Shown here: in pieces, positions 46,141 to 64,000 of the stretch
How the letters are laid out: each line of letters starts with the position of its first letter
Position numbering within the stretch: position 1 is the first letter of the stretch
NCBI RefSeq assembly: GCF_009914755.1
Contig: NC_060925.1
Strand: one strand, 5' to 3'
DNA from: the human T2T-CHM13v2.0 reference genome, Homo sapiens
DNA length: 64,000 nucleotides
Made by a program: the position numbers and the translations under genes
Notes under the pieces: generated by a model
The model's input: only the letters and a program-made list of their open reading frames with translations
What the model was told of the DNA's origin: nothing
The model's database searches: none

Positions 46141-46790
46141 GCTGTTTCTCATGTCAAGGGCATGTGCATGCATGCAGTGAATCAGCCAATTTGGGATCTG
46201 GCTCACTTGGTTTGGGGCCATAGGGCTATTGCTCTAGCTGGGGGCATGGGCATACAGTTTCTTGGCTGGCCTGGTTGTGTGTCTGCCAGAGTTGCCCACT
46301 GGGTTGTTTCTTAGGCCCTTAGTACAAGCACAGAGTCATGAGGCAGGCCAGGGACATGTCTGCAGCACGGGGGATGTACCACAGGGCTGTTTCTTAGGTC
46401 CAAGAAGTAAGCACAATATTTCTTGGCCAGCCTGGGAGTGTGCCCACCTCCCACCACCAGGGGTGACCCATAAGGCTATTTCTCAAGCCTGAGATATGGG
46501 TTCATGGCTGCTCAGCTGACCTGAAGGGGGTGTGTCTGCCAGGGGCAACCCATGTAGCTATTTTTCAGGCCTAGGATGCAGGCAAAGGTTTGCTTGGCTA
46601 GCCTGGGGGTATGTCTTCCAGGGGTGACCTGTAAGGCTCTTTCTCAGGACCTGACTGTGGGCACAGAGCTGTTGGGCAGGCCAGGGGCATGTCCTTAGTG
46701 GAGGCACTTGTGGGGCTATTTCTCAGGTCCTGGGCATGGGCATGTAGCACTCTGCCAGCCCAAGAATGTGTCAGCTGTTCAATGGCTCTG
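46141..46790. repeat. Degenerate ~80-bp tandem array (8 units) in the L1 5' region
   Basis: Anchor gct(a/g)tttctcagg-like at 46141, 46225, 46303, 46386, 46475, 46557, 46636, 46715. Confidence 0.75.
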
Positions 46791-48854
46791 GGACCCCTCC
46801 TGCTTCAAGAAGGGTACACAGCAGTTTGGCCAGCTCAAGGGTAGGGTCACCCTAAATGGGACTGCCAGATTATTCCCCTGACTAAAAGTGCAGGCATTGG
46901 GGATTGGTTTCCCTGCTGGCAGGACCACAATCACAGCCAATCCTGGGTCCAGGCTCTGCACAGCTGGGGTTGTGGCATATAGACACCCATGTGGACTTGG
47001 TGGAAGAATGAAGATGAAGTCCCAGTGCTGGAGAGGTGCATGGCTACTGGCCCCTAGAGCAGGGCACACTCCAGAGGTACCTCTGGTCTCAAGATGGTGC
47101 CATGCTGCTGTAGCTTGGCTCACAGCAGGAGTGAGGGTGGGTGGGAAGTACACACCTTGTTCTCCCAATCCAGAGCAATGCAGCTGCATGAATTTCCAGC
47201 AGCTCCCTAAAATGGGCCCAGGGCTAGAAAGGACTCTGGGATTGTCCTGTATAATGACTGTAGGTGTTTCAGTGGCAGCGGGGCTGGGGGATTCTTCTGC
47301 TTACCTTTTCTCCACAAGGAGAAGTCCCTCTTGACTCCCAGCTGATCTGGACAGGGGAGACAGGGCTGCAGAGGCAGGATGCCTCCACATTGCCCTCCTG
47401 GGCTTCCAGTCACCACAGGTACCTCTCCATCCTGTCACTGTACTCATGCAGTCTCCCATTGACACTCTAGTCAAATCTTAGCTGTTTGTTACATTGGTCC
47501 TTTCTTATGGGGAAGACTACTTCCAAGTACTTCTAGCCAGCCATCTGGCCAGTCGCCAGGCCCAGAATATACTATATTTACGTACAAGCAAAAATTGCTA
47601 ATCACTCACTTTTTTTTGTTCTGTTATTTTTCACAAAGTATACTCTTCCATGTCCAAGACAAAATTAGGAATGCCACCTCAGATTGTATTTACTCTTTTG
47701 TGACAAAATTTCAAGGGAACATTGTTTATTGTTTATGATCCAGACATATATAGTTATTGAGTATTGTTTCAACCCCTCATCCTGTTTTTTCTCTTAATGC
47801 TGGGCCTTTCTCCATTGAGTTATTTTTTTCATGTCATATTTTTGAGAGCAAATCCAAGTGCCATATCATATCTATGAAACTCCATAATATCCAGGGTTTC
47901 TGCTATATCTATATATTCTCCCTTCACCAAACTTAAATATCCAGCTCTGTTGATCCAGTTGAGGTTTCTGCCACACACTTTCTTTCTGGATTTTAGAAGA
48001 TGTAGTTTCTCCCATGCCAGGAGCCCATTGTTCTAATTTAATAAATCAGTTTCAGAAAATCATTTCAGGCCAAAGCTGAAATGGACATGGCTCCTCTGCT
48101 CTCATGTTACTCAGGACTTCGAGATCATTGGATCTGTTTCCCACACTTTCCAGGCTTCTTCTGGCCATATCATTGCTTTTCATGTGACTCAAAAAGAGTG
48201 GGTAACTATCAGTGTGTAACAAGCTTTGGCAGTTCTCCATCACATATGAGGTGAGACAGGAAATACGTTAGCCCTGTGTCACCTCTGTTGGCCTCTACTG
48301 GAGAGCTCCCCACAAGCTCTCTGCCCTTCCCCACCTGAACTGAAATACCATGAACCTATCAGTGTCTGAGTCTCCTGAAGAGAGTCACTAATGCTACCTA
48401 CTTTTTTAAATGCTTTTTTTAAAAAGAAATCTTGGATTTATTCTCAAAAGCAAAATGTCCTTACATTTATAATAACTCTTCTGGAAGAGTTTGTTTCCCT
48501 ACTTTTTCTCATCTGTTACCTTTTCCATTGAATTTGAGGCCCTATATAGATATGAATTCAGTTAAATTAAAATAATCCTTCAGCAATGTTATTTCTAGTT
48601 TGTCTACTACTATTCAAACGCAAATGTAAATGTATTGAGGGCTTCTGTGAACTGCCTGAGCAGTGTTCCTGCCCAATTCATTATTGTACCCACTCCTCCA
48701 TACCTCTTTTCTCAGTGCCTGTCACAGCTATTTGGCATACTCTCCATACCAAGTATATGTTTCTCTAATGTTTAAATGAATGAATGGATGAATGAAGCTT
48801 ATTTTGACTCAGAAAAAAATATTCTGATGGGTTTGAATGAAAACGTTAGTTTTA

Positions 48855-49132
48855 GGACAGCCACAGTGGCTCATGCCTGTAATCCCAGCACTTTGAGAGA
48901 CCAAAGTGGGAAGATGGACCAGCCCAGACAACATAGAGAGGCCCAGTCACTACAAGAATATTTTAAAAATTAGCCAAGCATGGTGGCATGCACCTTTCAT
49001 CCTAGCTATTTGGGAGGGTGAGGTGGGAGGATGGCTTAAGCCCAGTAGTTCAAGGCTGCATGCAGTGAGCCATGACTATGCCACTGTACTCCAGACTGGG
49101 CAACAGGGTGAGACTTTGTCTCAAAAAAAAAG
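48855..49132 (+). mobile_element. Diverged AluJ
   Basis: Alu motifs with an internal deletion and A-tail. Confidence 0.88.
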
Positions 49133-49286
49133 GTGGGGGGTGGGGGAGATTAGCTTTAAAAAAAAAAATCACTTAGCCTCAGTTCTCCTTAATCACTGTT
49201 GCTTTCTTGCTTCCTCAAATTGATGTGGTTAGGGTAGAATATATGAATAATTTACTCTTCCTCATTAAATATGTGTTTTGCCTAAG

Positions 49287-49448
49287 GACTCATTTTTAGA
49301 AGATTTGAACTACATCATCAGTTCAGGAAGAATACCTGACCTGTTTGAAAATGTTGAGCTGGATTCTATTGCAATGAAAATCAGATATCTTACTGAACAA
49401 TCTGGTCATATGGATAATAGGCAATCTTTACTTTCATTCTTTCAAAAG
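49287..49448 (+). CDS. DNAH14: Exon (162 bp, phase 0-0): DSFLEDLNYIISSGRIPDLFENVELDSI...SFFQK
   Basis: ttttgcctaag| acceptor, AAG|gtactt donor; FLED.N...SG.IP.LF motif. Confidence 0.95.
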
Positions 49449-50504
49449 GTACTTTTTTGTGACTTGGCTTTATCAAATTGTCATGTTAAAAGTAGACCGT
49501 GTTTATAATTCTGTACATGATTTTCAAGTTGGATATAATTTCTTTAGATCTTTATATGAGTTTTTAAGGTAAAATAATGGGTACCCTACCTACAGACAAC
49601 ACCATACCCTTCGGTAGGTCAAAAACTAACATGAATCTGAGCCTGTCTGGCTATCAATGGTTTTAAAAAATAATACCAGCTGGAGGCAATAAAATGAAAA
49701 ATAAAATCCCAAGATTTTATTTTTGTGTAAGTATTTGTGTAAGTATTTCTTACACAAAGATTCTTTCCTAGATAATGATGTTCTTATTTCGTCTTTTTGG
49801 TAACAAGTCTGGAAAGGCAAGAAACAAGAATCATTTCATCCTTTTGAATAGTCCTAGAATTGACCAGGAGGTGATGGATAAAAAAAGAAATTGACTGGAT
49901 AGAGCGGGTGCTATTCAGAATGAACTCAGCAGCAGAGGAGCTGTGAACAAACTGGTTTGATGAGAGATATAGATTAGTCAAAATGAACTCAACTTTCTGT
50001 GTCTTTGAGACATGATGACCGACCAGTGGCTTAGCAAATATATGGACATGATTACCCAAACTAGAATATTCACTGGGGGAGGACCACAGGTGGATTTATT
50101 TCTGGTACTAGTTTTTGTCTATCATAGGGCAATTTAAAAATTGAATCTGGCCATCCACCATTTCTCAACTTAGTAACAACATTACTAAGTATCAAACAGA
50201 TACTTAGTAATCTGTCACAAGGAGATGTTTTAAAAATTCCAAAAATGACTCCACAGTTGATAGAGAACAAGATAATATGAGTGGATATCCTTAGATTTAG
50301 TTATATTTTTTAATACCGTGGTAGGAAGAAGGATAGCATTTATCCTGACAATTGTGGCACTCTTGTGCCTTGTTACTATATTTGGTTTATTCATTAGATT
50401 TGAATAATAAAGAAGAAAAAAGAAATTTCAATTTGGAGTGCAGAGAATAGTACTCCAGAAAATAAATAAATAAACCAAGAATCTCAGTTAGAAGTCAATT
50501 TAAT

Positions 50505-50572
50505 TGTATATATTATATATGTTTTATATATATAATATATATTATATATTCTGCATATATAATATATATAAT
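50505..50572. repeat. AT-rich (TA)n low-complexity tract
   Basis: Direct inspection. Confidence 0.8.
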
Positions 50573-51573
50573 GCTATGCTTCTAAAAGTAATTTGACATG
50601 TCCTACAATAATAACAAATAATAAAGGCACACTTTAAACTGCTAACATTTGATATATCTAGGTAGAAGTTTTGGGAATGCGTAAAACAAAGATAGATATT
50701 TTCATTTTTACTTTAAACATTTCCACATTGTATGAATTTTGCACTGAGCAGTTTTATTTGCCTTTATAAATTTGTTAAAGACAAAAAAAAGGAAAAAAAA
50801 TCTTGCCTTTTAGTCTTCTTTCAGCTTTACTATATTTATTTGACAAAATAAGTTGCTTGATGCTTATTATCATTTTGTACAATTAGACTCTGACTTAAAG
50901 GGAACACTAAGTCACTGAGGCTGTTTTCAGTAATGCGGACTTATTGCAAAGTGATATCTGGAAATAAGGAAGAAGGAATCTGTGCCCTGTTGCCAGTCTT
51001 GCCAAGAACCCAGCAACAGCAGCAGCACAGCCAGGTCTTATGAGGAAAAGGGCTGAAGGCAAATTGCAAAGAAACTAGCACTTAGCCTAGGGCCTGTAAA
51101 ATTGTGTAGGTCTCATGTTGCTTAGCTGTAATCCCTTAGCTGTAGGAGTTTTATTACTACCTCTGGTGCTCTACTCTTATTGTCAGTCTGTTTCTTTCAG
51201 CTCTAATTCATCTGACCATCTTCTCACTTTGAGTTTCTGTGGGTCTTAAATCCACACCACCCCAGAGGAAAGAGTTAAACAGTCAGACCCAGCACCATCT
51301 GACATAAAGTCCCCTACTGAACAGAACTCTAGCACCAGCCCCCATCATAAGAGTTGGTTTACGCAAGGGGTGTTCTGGGTCCAGTGCCTCCCCTACTGTT
51401 AGTTTCCCTTGGAAGGGCTCTGTTTATGGCAGGCACTCCATGCACAAATGATCAGTCCCTGATCTACCCACTAAGGAAAGATCTGAAATATGTTTTCCAT
51501 GGAATTTTTAATATAATATTTTTTCAAAACAGTGGATTACATTTTAACAATTTATATTTTCATTAATTTTCAG

Positions 51574-51765
51574 AGAATATATAAAAATCTTCATATTTTT
51601 GTGATCATGAGTCCTGAAGGACCTAGCTTCCGCCAAAATTGTAGAGTGTATCCTTCTATGATTAGCTCCTGCACGATCGATTGGTATGAGAGGTGGCCAG
51701 AAGAAGCTCTCCTTATTGTAGCTAACTCATTCTTAAAAGAAAAGGTCAATTTTGAGAACAGAGAG
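51574..51765 (+). CDS. DNAH14: Exon (192 bp, phase 0-0): RIYKNLHIFVIMSPEGPSFRQNCRVYPSMISSCTIDWYERWPEEALLIVANSFLKEKVNFENRE
   Basis: ttttcag| acceptor, GAG|gtaaat donor; NLH...MSP.G..FR...CTIDW...WP..AL motif. Confidence 0.96.
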
Positions 51766-52693
51766 GTAAATATCTAATGCAAGTGAAGGTTTCAGTTTAT
51801 TGACAGCATCTGATGGTATTATGCCTCTGAAGAGCAACAAACCCTAGATGGACAAAAATAGGCAGTTCTAAGCTAATTTACAATAAAATGGATCAAGTGT
51901 TTACAATGACTCCCTATTAATTCCCCATCTGTTGTACCCCTGAATTCACCCTATTTCAAAGATGCCCAGATTCAGATTCTGCAATGCCTGTGTCTCTTCA
52001 CTATGCTGTCCACATGGTGGAACAGCAGATTTCCGTGAAGGAAAACAGTCTCCATTCTGCATACCAGATTCTATGGTAAGGATGCTGCAACCTTCTGTGT
52101 ATTCCTTGTAAATTGCTCTGGCTTGGCTACAAATAGCAAGTCAGCAAAGCAGTGAGAGCACAAGCCACAACACAAAATTAACTCAGAATTTATGAGCCAA
52201 CAGTAAGAAAGAACCTATTCTGGAGTGACTAAACTGAACATCCCATAGGACCTAGCTGACAGCAAAGGGGGTAAGAAGTGTTGACCAAAGGAGCTGTAAA
52301 TGCATAGAGAACTGAAACTCAACGTAGGACATTTCTAGGTCCTACGGGACCAATGGGATTGCATCCTTACTTGTCTAAGTGATCAAGGAAAGCAAAGGCC
52401 AAGGAGGACAGAGACAGAGTAGAACCAGAAGAAAAAAAAATGCCGCTGAGTTAAAAGTGACCAGTGACTGGTTAGACTTGGTGGACTGGAGATGAATCAT
52501 CAGGACTAGGTTATGTCTAAATCAGAATTATCTCCCAATCCAGGCAAAGAGAATATTCTTCGCAGTCTGGTTTTGCTCATCTGCACATCCTTTGGGTCCT
52601 TACATTTTTGTAGCTTTATTTTACTCAAAGAAATTTCCTTGAGTATCTTGCTATTGATGACCACTTTAAGAAAAAAATATAAAAGATAAAGAA

Positions 52694-52999
52694 GTCTGGG
52701 CATGGTGGCTCACACCTATAATCCCAGCAGTTTGGGAGGCAAGGCAGGAGGATTGCTTGAGGCCAGGAGTTCAAGACCAGCCTGGGCAACATAGTGAGAC
52801 CCTGTCTCTACAAAAAATTTAGAAAATTAGCCAGGTGTGGTGGCACACATCTGTAGTCCCAGCTACATGGGAGGCTGAGGCAGGAGGATCTCTTGAGCCC
52901 AAGAGTTTGAGGCTACGTGAGCTACTACTGCACCACTGCACTTTGGCCTGGACAAAAGAACAAGATCCAGTCTCAAAATAAAAAATAAATAAAAAATTT
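52694..52999 (+). mobile_element. AluJ
   Basis: Full Alu; TSD aaagataaagaa. Confidence 0.92.
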
Positions 53000-53325
53000 A
53001 AAGATAAAGAAAACATTATAACCCTTGGCCATTGATACTGATGCCCAAATCTTTGGATGACTATAGCAAAAGTGAGAGTAACATACGGGTAAAGCCTAGA
53101 AGAATGAGTGTGGCATGCCATTCATAGTTAGCTCTGCTGTTGCCCCACCACCATCCCAACCATCAAAACTCATATTTTCTTTGTCCTGCTCATCCGGGAG
53201 CTCTCTCTACATCTCCACATCTCAGAAATAATAAGCTATTTTAATTAATTCTAAGTGTTCAACTTTCTCTTTTTATGTATATTTGGATTGCTTTCTCTTA
53301 ATTCTTAAAAATTATTATTCTTCAG

Positions 53326-53507
53326 AACTTGAAAGAAAAACTTGCCCCAACATGTGTCCAAATCCACAAAAGCATGAAAGACTTGAACAGAAAATACTTT
53401 GAAGAAACTGGAAGATTTTATTATACCACTCCCAATAGCTACTTGCAATTTATGGAAACATTTGCACACATTTTGAGGGCACGAGAGGAAGAGATGCAAA
53501 CAAAGAG
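53326..53507 (+). CDS. DNAH14: Exon (182 bp, phase 0-2): NLKEKLAPTCVQIH...GRFYYTTPNSYLQFMETF...QTKR
   Basis: ttcttcag| acceptor, GAG|gtaaga donor; R..Y.TP.SYL motif. Confidence 0.95.
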
Positions 53508-53667
53508 GTAAGACTTTGAGAACAAATCATAAATATATTTTATATTGGTGTTTTTGTTTGCGAAAAGAGACACAAATGCAAAATGGTGAGCCAAATCTGC
53601 CTTTTTGGTGGGACAAAAAGCCAGAAGCTGCAGAAGATCTTAAAAGAGATAAGGTTGACATTCCCCC

Positions 53668-54800
53668 TGTGTGCCTTCAAAGGCCGCCCCTGTCAAGGCA
53701 AGGCTGACAGACTTGGCCAGTAAATAAACAATTAGTCCCTGTTGGATTCCGACAGTTTATTTCTTACATGGGCAATGAAAGCAAGAGTAACGAAGAGTGC
53801 CACTCCCCATGTCCTTTGTCTCATGGGATGACACCAAAATAAAAGGCTTCAGATGACTACAACGCAGATAGTGGAACACCTACTAAGCAGTTTTATAGCC
53901 AGCAGTGGTACCTGAGGAGGCACGGGAAGAAACATGAAGCAGAAGGCCTCACCCCTAATCAGAATACAGGAGACATTGAGAAACTATCTTATGACAATCT
54001 TCCAGGAAGATGGGGAAATGAGTGGGAAATGGCCTGGTAGCATCTACTCACAAGTGCCCCACATTTTCATGTTCTAGAAAGATCAGGGGTGTCCTGCCAA
54101 CACTTAGATCAGCTGCAGCCAAGCCTTGTCTATATAACCTATATGGAGACATGAAGGGCTGCCGAGGCACCATGGTGGAACTATTCTTCTCCAAGTCCAT
54201 CTCCTAAACCTGTCACGTATCCAGCTAATAATTGTTTTTTAAAAATAGCCCACTCCATCAGATACTGTAACTAATTACACTGACTGGGGCCTGGGCCAGA
54301 TCCATTCCATTTGCCATAGGGAACACTGCATGAGAGTGATCATGACTATGACTCCCACTTGGAGGATAGACCACAGCCAAGCTCCGTGTCTGGAGCCAAG
54401 CCAGTTAAAAATGTTATTAATCCAAGTGCATCAAGAGGTATTGGCCATTGCACCTTCTCTGTCTCAACTGGCCAGCAGGAAGTCCAGGGCAATGTGATAT
54501 TTCATCAGCACTCATGCTGGAGAGTGTGAACTAATTTGTGTGCTGCAGGCAAGTATAGGCCTGACATTTACATAAGCAGCAACCTCAATAGCAGCATTTT
54601 GCTAATGTGGGGTCAGGGTCTAATTTTATTAAGTTTTCGTTAACAAGGTCAGGTGGGGCATGATAGATCCAATAACAGTTCATTTTAGAGCAGTTGAGGT
54701 AGTCTGTGAATATAATAATGAGGCTAAAGAGAATCATATCAGTGCTCAGAAAGCTAATCTTGTTCTGTTTCAAGGAGAGGCTGTTCACTCCTGGGGTCAG
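53668..54800 (-). mobile_element. Endogenous retrovirus remnant: putative 3' LTR (~53668-54215) and env TM fragment
   Basis: Minus-strand translation TWINNIFNWLGSRHGAWLWSILQVGVIVMITLM preceded by a CC-YVN-SG-like remnant; minus-strand AATAAA at 53756-53761. Confidence 0.5.
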
Positions 54801-55589
54801 CAGATCCTAGGAGGTTTCTGAGAGTCCTTAGATTGAGATTTTTGTTGGTCAGCAGTTAAATTAAGGATGATGTCAACAGTCTGAGAAAATTGGCCAGATG
54901 CCCTACAGGCAAGCGTCAAGAGAGTTTAATGAATCTTCCTCTCACTCCTAACCTCCTGGGATCTAAGGTGTCCCCTCCCCATCATCCAGGGTTGTTGCTC
55001 TCCATTCACAGCCATGTAATCAGTATGACCAGTCCCTATCACAGTCATTCACCCCTTTTCCATTCCTCCTCATGTCTTACCCACAACACAGCTCTAGATC
55101 ACTCAGTAGTTTCTTCCTTACATACCTTGTACTATCCTAGAACATCTCCCACCCCCTAATGCGTGGGCCATGCCAGGACAATCTTAAGAGCTATCACCTT
55201 ATATGCATAATCATTATTATCAACATCCATAACTGCTTATATCCAGCAAGCATATCTCGGTGGCAAAAGACAGGTTACAGTCCGCCACTGCCCGGCTCTT
55301 CTTTGCTACTTGGAAATTTCAGTAGTCCAGTTTCCCAGGGGTAGATATGGGGGGAGAAAAAGCAAGAAGGGTTAATTATATGGTTTGGGTCTCTTACAGC
55401 CTATCTGGTTCTCTTTCCCACCCCGAAACTTATAATTAAATATTCTGTTTAAATGAGAGGTACCCTTATGGGGAATTAGTACATTTAAAGCCCAATTTGC
55501 CTGTCTTAAGTGTGCTCCAGTGGGAGCTGAACCTCAGATGCCCAGTTCTCATTATTAGTTTTTCCTTTGAGTCCATTTTATTTTAACAG

Positions 55590-55840
55590 CATCTGTTCTT
55601 CAAGTTGAGAAATTTCCCCTCTATTCCTAGTTATCATGAATTTTATCAAATGTTTTTTCTGCATCAATGGATACTGATGCAGCAGTGAATTTTCTTCTTT
55701 ATACCTTGTTAATATAGTGGATTATATTGATTGACTTTCAAATAGTGAGCCAGTCTTGCATCTCTAGAATAAAATCCATTTGGCCATAATTTGGTGTAAT
55801 TCTTTTTATATATTATCAAATTATATTTGCTAAATTGTGT
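55590..55840 (-). mobile_element. Old L1 fragment
   Basis: ttccccctctattcctagtt...ttttatcaaatgttttttctgcatcaat...ccagtcttgcatc. Confidence 0.7.
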
Positions 55841-55878
55841 TATATCTTACACCTTCTTAATACTTTTTCTTCCTTCAG

Positions 55879-55987
55879 GGATCGCTTCCATATGGGTCTA
55901 TCCACAATCCTGGAAGCAACCACTCTAGTTACAGAAATGCAAGAAGAGCTCTTGATTCTTGGCCCTCAAGTAGAACAAAAAACAAAG
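55879..55987 (+). CDS. DNAH14: Exon (109 bp, phase 2-0), stalk coiled coil CC1: [36 protein letters not shown]
   Basis: ttccttcag| acceptor, AAG|gtatgt donor; R...GL..L.E....V..MQ.EL..L.P pattern of the dynein stalk. Confidence 0.94.
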
Positions 55988-56029
55988 GTATGTTTGCTTT
56001 GAAATCTCTTTTAAAGATTTTATAGTCTA

Positions 56030-56250
56030 ATATAGAACAGTGTTTGAAAGCAAAGGCTCTGATACCTGACAAAGACAGGCTAGAATTCCAGCTTTGTTAC
56101 CCTATAGTTGTGTACACATGAAAAAAATAGCTTGTTTTTTTAGTCTTAGTTTATCTGTAAAATGAGAAGAACAAAAAAGCAGTAACAGCAAAACAGTAAC
56201 ATTATTACATTTTGATAATTAAGTGTAATAGTAGGTATATAGCTAACTGT
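56030..56250 (+). mobile_element. MIR
   Basis: ggctctgatac...gaattccagcttt...tcttagtttatctgtaaaatgag. Confidence 0.55.
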
Positions 56251-56702
56251 AGAAGCTTATGTAGAAAGATTCCCTAGTCAATTAGTTAAATCCATCTGAA
56301 ATATGCTGTGGTAACTTGCAGTCTATCAACTATTCTAAAAACCATCATTCATCATCACTCTTTGTGTGTAACGCATGAAATATTTACTGTAGTCATCCTA
56401 GGCAATATCCCAGTGGCAGACCAATGGCAGAGAGCACCAGTGGCGGAGAGCTACCATCAAGGATAGTGGATGACAGAGCTTATAAGAGGAGGCGCAGCTG
56501 AGAGCTGGCCAAATGGTGAGAGCTCTTGCTCTCTCCATTTTATTCATCTCTTGCTGTCTCTCATTTTATGAATCTATTAAATATATTTCAGGCTGATTTT
56601 AGTAAACTTTACCATAGTGAAATGAGATATTTGAATTGCTCTTTTAGAAAAGAGATCATGTCTCTTAAAATTCATTCTAAGAACAATTATGTGCTTCATT
56701 AG

Positions 56703-56828
56703 GAAACAGAAACTCTAATGGAAAAACTACGGAAAGATTCACAAGTAGTTGAGAAAGTTCAGATGCTTGTTAAACAGGATGAAGAAATTGTGGCAGAAGA
56801 AGTAAGAATTGTGGAAGATTATGCTCAG
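56703..56828 (+). CDS. DNAH14: Exon (126 bp, phase 0-0), stalk CC1: [42 protein letters not shown]
   Basis: cttcattag| acceptor, CAG|gtaaaa donor; charged coiled-coil sequence in frame. Confidence 0.93.
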
Positions 56829-58030
56829 GTAAAATTAAAATATTGTCAATAAAAATAATTTGGAGATTTGAAAAAGTATTCCCTAACCTTCAAATTTAAA
56901 AGTCAGACTGACTAGTCTTAAATACATAGTGCCCCAACTATGGTTACTTTTCATTGTAATTCCAACAACTATTTATTGAGTCCCTACTACACACAGGATA
57001 ACATTAAATGAAAGTATGAAGTCCAAACATGCATGGTCCCTGTCCTTGAGAAACCCACAATCCTAGGAAGCTTTTCTGATTACAATGAACAGAAACTCAT
57101 GCAGGCCATACCAAAAGCACGTTTGGCCTTCAAGAGTAACATCTGCAAGAAACGAGGCAGCTCAAGGGACTGTGTATTTGGTGTGTGTCACTTCTGTTGC
57201 TGACTGAATAATCCTCTTTTTAAATTGACCATTCTCCTCCATACATTCCAGTCGGGTTCTTAGCAAGAGCCAGTGTGGTTTAGCAAATCACTGCATGCTC
57301 AACTCTGGTCTGATCAGTAGCTATTCCTGCTCAGAGCAAGTCAAGAGGAGAGCTTGTCTTCCATGTACAAAGGTTTTTAATCAAGCAACTCCATCAATTA
57401 AAATACATATGTAAACCTATACTCTAGTATGTGTGTAAATTATTTATAGATAAATTATATCCGTGGGCTGCTGCCATTAGCTAATAGCCCAAAGCTCAAC
57501 AAATACCTAGGACAAGGTTTATTATGAATAACAGTGAATATAAATACAGATTGCAAATAGTCCTTTCAGTTATTTCAAAATTTTCTTGTTGGCCTCTTGT
57601 CATACCTAATTAGCTCATCATTGTTTTTTACCTTATAACATGGTTGAAGAAAAATTTATATCAAGAATAAAAGAAGTGTCAGCCTGCCTTTTGCTTGTTA
57701 TTCACTTGTGCTTCCATTATTAGCATTGCTTTCAATCCAGTGTTTCTTTCAGACATCTTTTTAAGCTACCTGCCCATGTTTTAGGAGCTGACATTTCAAA
57801 CTAGGTAACAGAAGAGGCAAATCCCTCACTTGGATACGAGTAAGCTGCAAGGCTTCCTCGTGTCCTCAGTGTTAAGCAAATAGGGGAGGCCCCATTCCTG
57901 AGCCTTCTCAGATGGGGAGCTTCCCCTCTTCCATTAAGGTGCCACCTATCTCACTGAGTGACCCAGAACTTCTGCAATGCCAACCACCTGAAGGTGCCAC
58001 TGTTGATCAATATATTAAATATGAGTAAGG

Positions 58031-58494
<464 letters not shown>

Positions 58495-58861
58495 AAATAA
58501 GAGTACGGCTTAATTTCAGTATTTAATATTTTAAGCCAATTAAAAATTGATACAGAGAAATTCATGGCGTTTGTTTTTGCTTTTTGTTTTGCATGGTTTT
58601 GTTTTGTTTTGTTTTGTTTTTTGCCATACCACAAAGGATAATCTTTTTTTCTCCCTGGCTTCAGCACAAAGCCAGATACATTAGGGCCTGGGGCCATATT
58701 TTTAAAAAAGAATACAAAATTACAGTACACAATTAGATATGAAACTAAATATGTACTTAGAATAAGTAAAGAAATCACAACAAAATATAAAATTTTTAAA
58801 GCTGACAATTATCACAAACATCACAAAATCTAGAAAATTACCTCACACACTCCTATAATAC

Positions 58862-64000
<5,139 letters not shown>

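Noticed and set aside
46141-46790. Regularly spaced motif array suggestive of CRISPR
   Set aside because: Human DNA; units are related along their full length, with no identical repeats, unique spacers or cas genes
46779-47334. 136-aa and 148-aa overlapping ORFs
   Set aside because: Lie in the GC-richer 5' region of an old L1 where stops are rarer; no recognisable protein similarity
49723-49749. Short tandem duplication ttgtgtaagtat
   Set aside because: Ordinary slippage duplication with no functional context

Overview
Human genomic DNA from inside a large axonemal dynein heavy-chain gene on the + strand, best matching DNAH14 (a near-perfect human-specific AluYd8 supports human origin). I could splice 17 internal GT-AG exons (715-56828, 2492 nt, about 831 codons) into one open frame covering the end of AAA2, AAA3 (GESGVGKT / ILIFIDD), AAA4 (GIDGCGKK) and the start of the stalk coiled coil. 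Introns are filled with Alu, L1, L2, MIR, MaLR/ERV and DNA-transposon remnants, and nearly all ORF-track entries outside the exons are repeat-derived or random. I see no new multi-gene system. The most interesting signals are atypical L1-mediated insertions with target-site duplications (TSDs): a 145-nt A-tailed copy of a promoter-like RNA, a 40-nt tailless 5S rRNA copy, an Alu-L1 fusion under one TSD, a tailless internal L1 piece and a twin-primed L1. On the protein side there is a ~60-aa insertion in AAA3 whose intron has tandem splice sites at both ends, and a degenerate AAA4 site. Repeat family calls come from recalled consensus motifs, not from a search.
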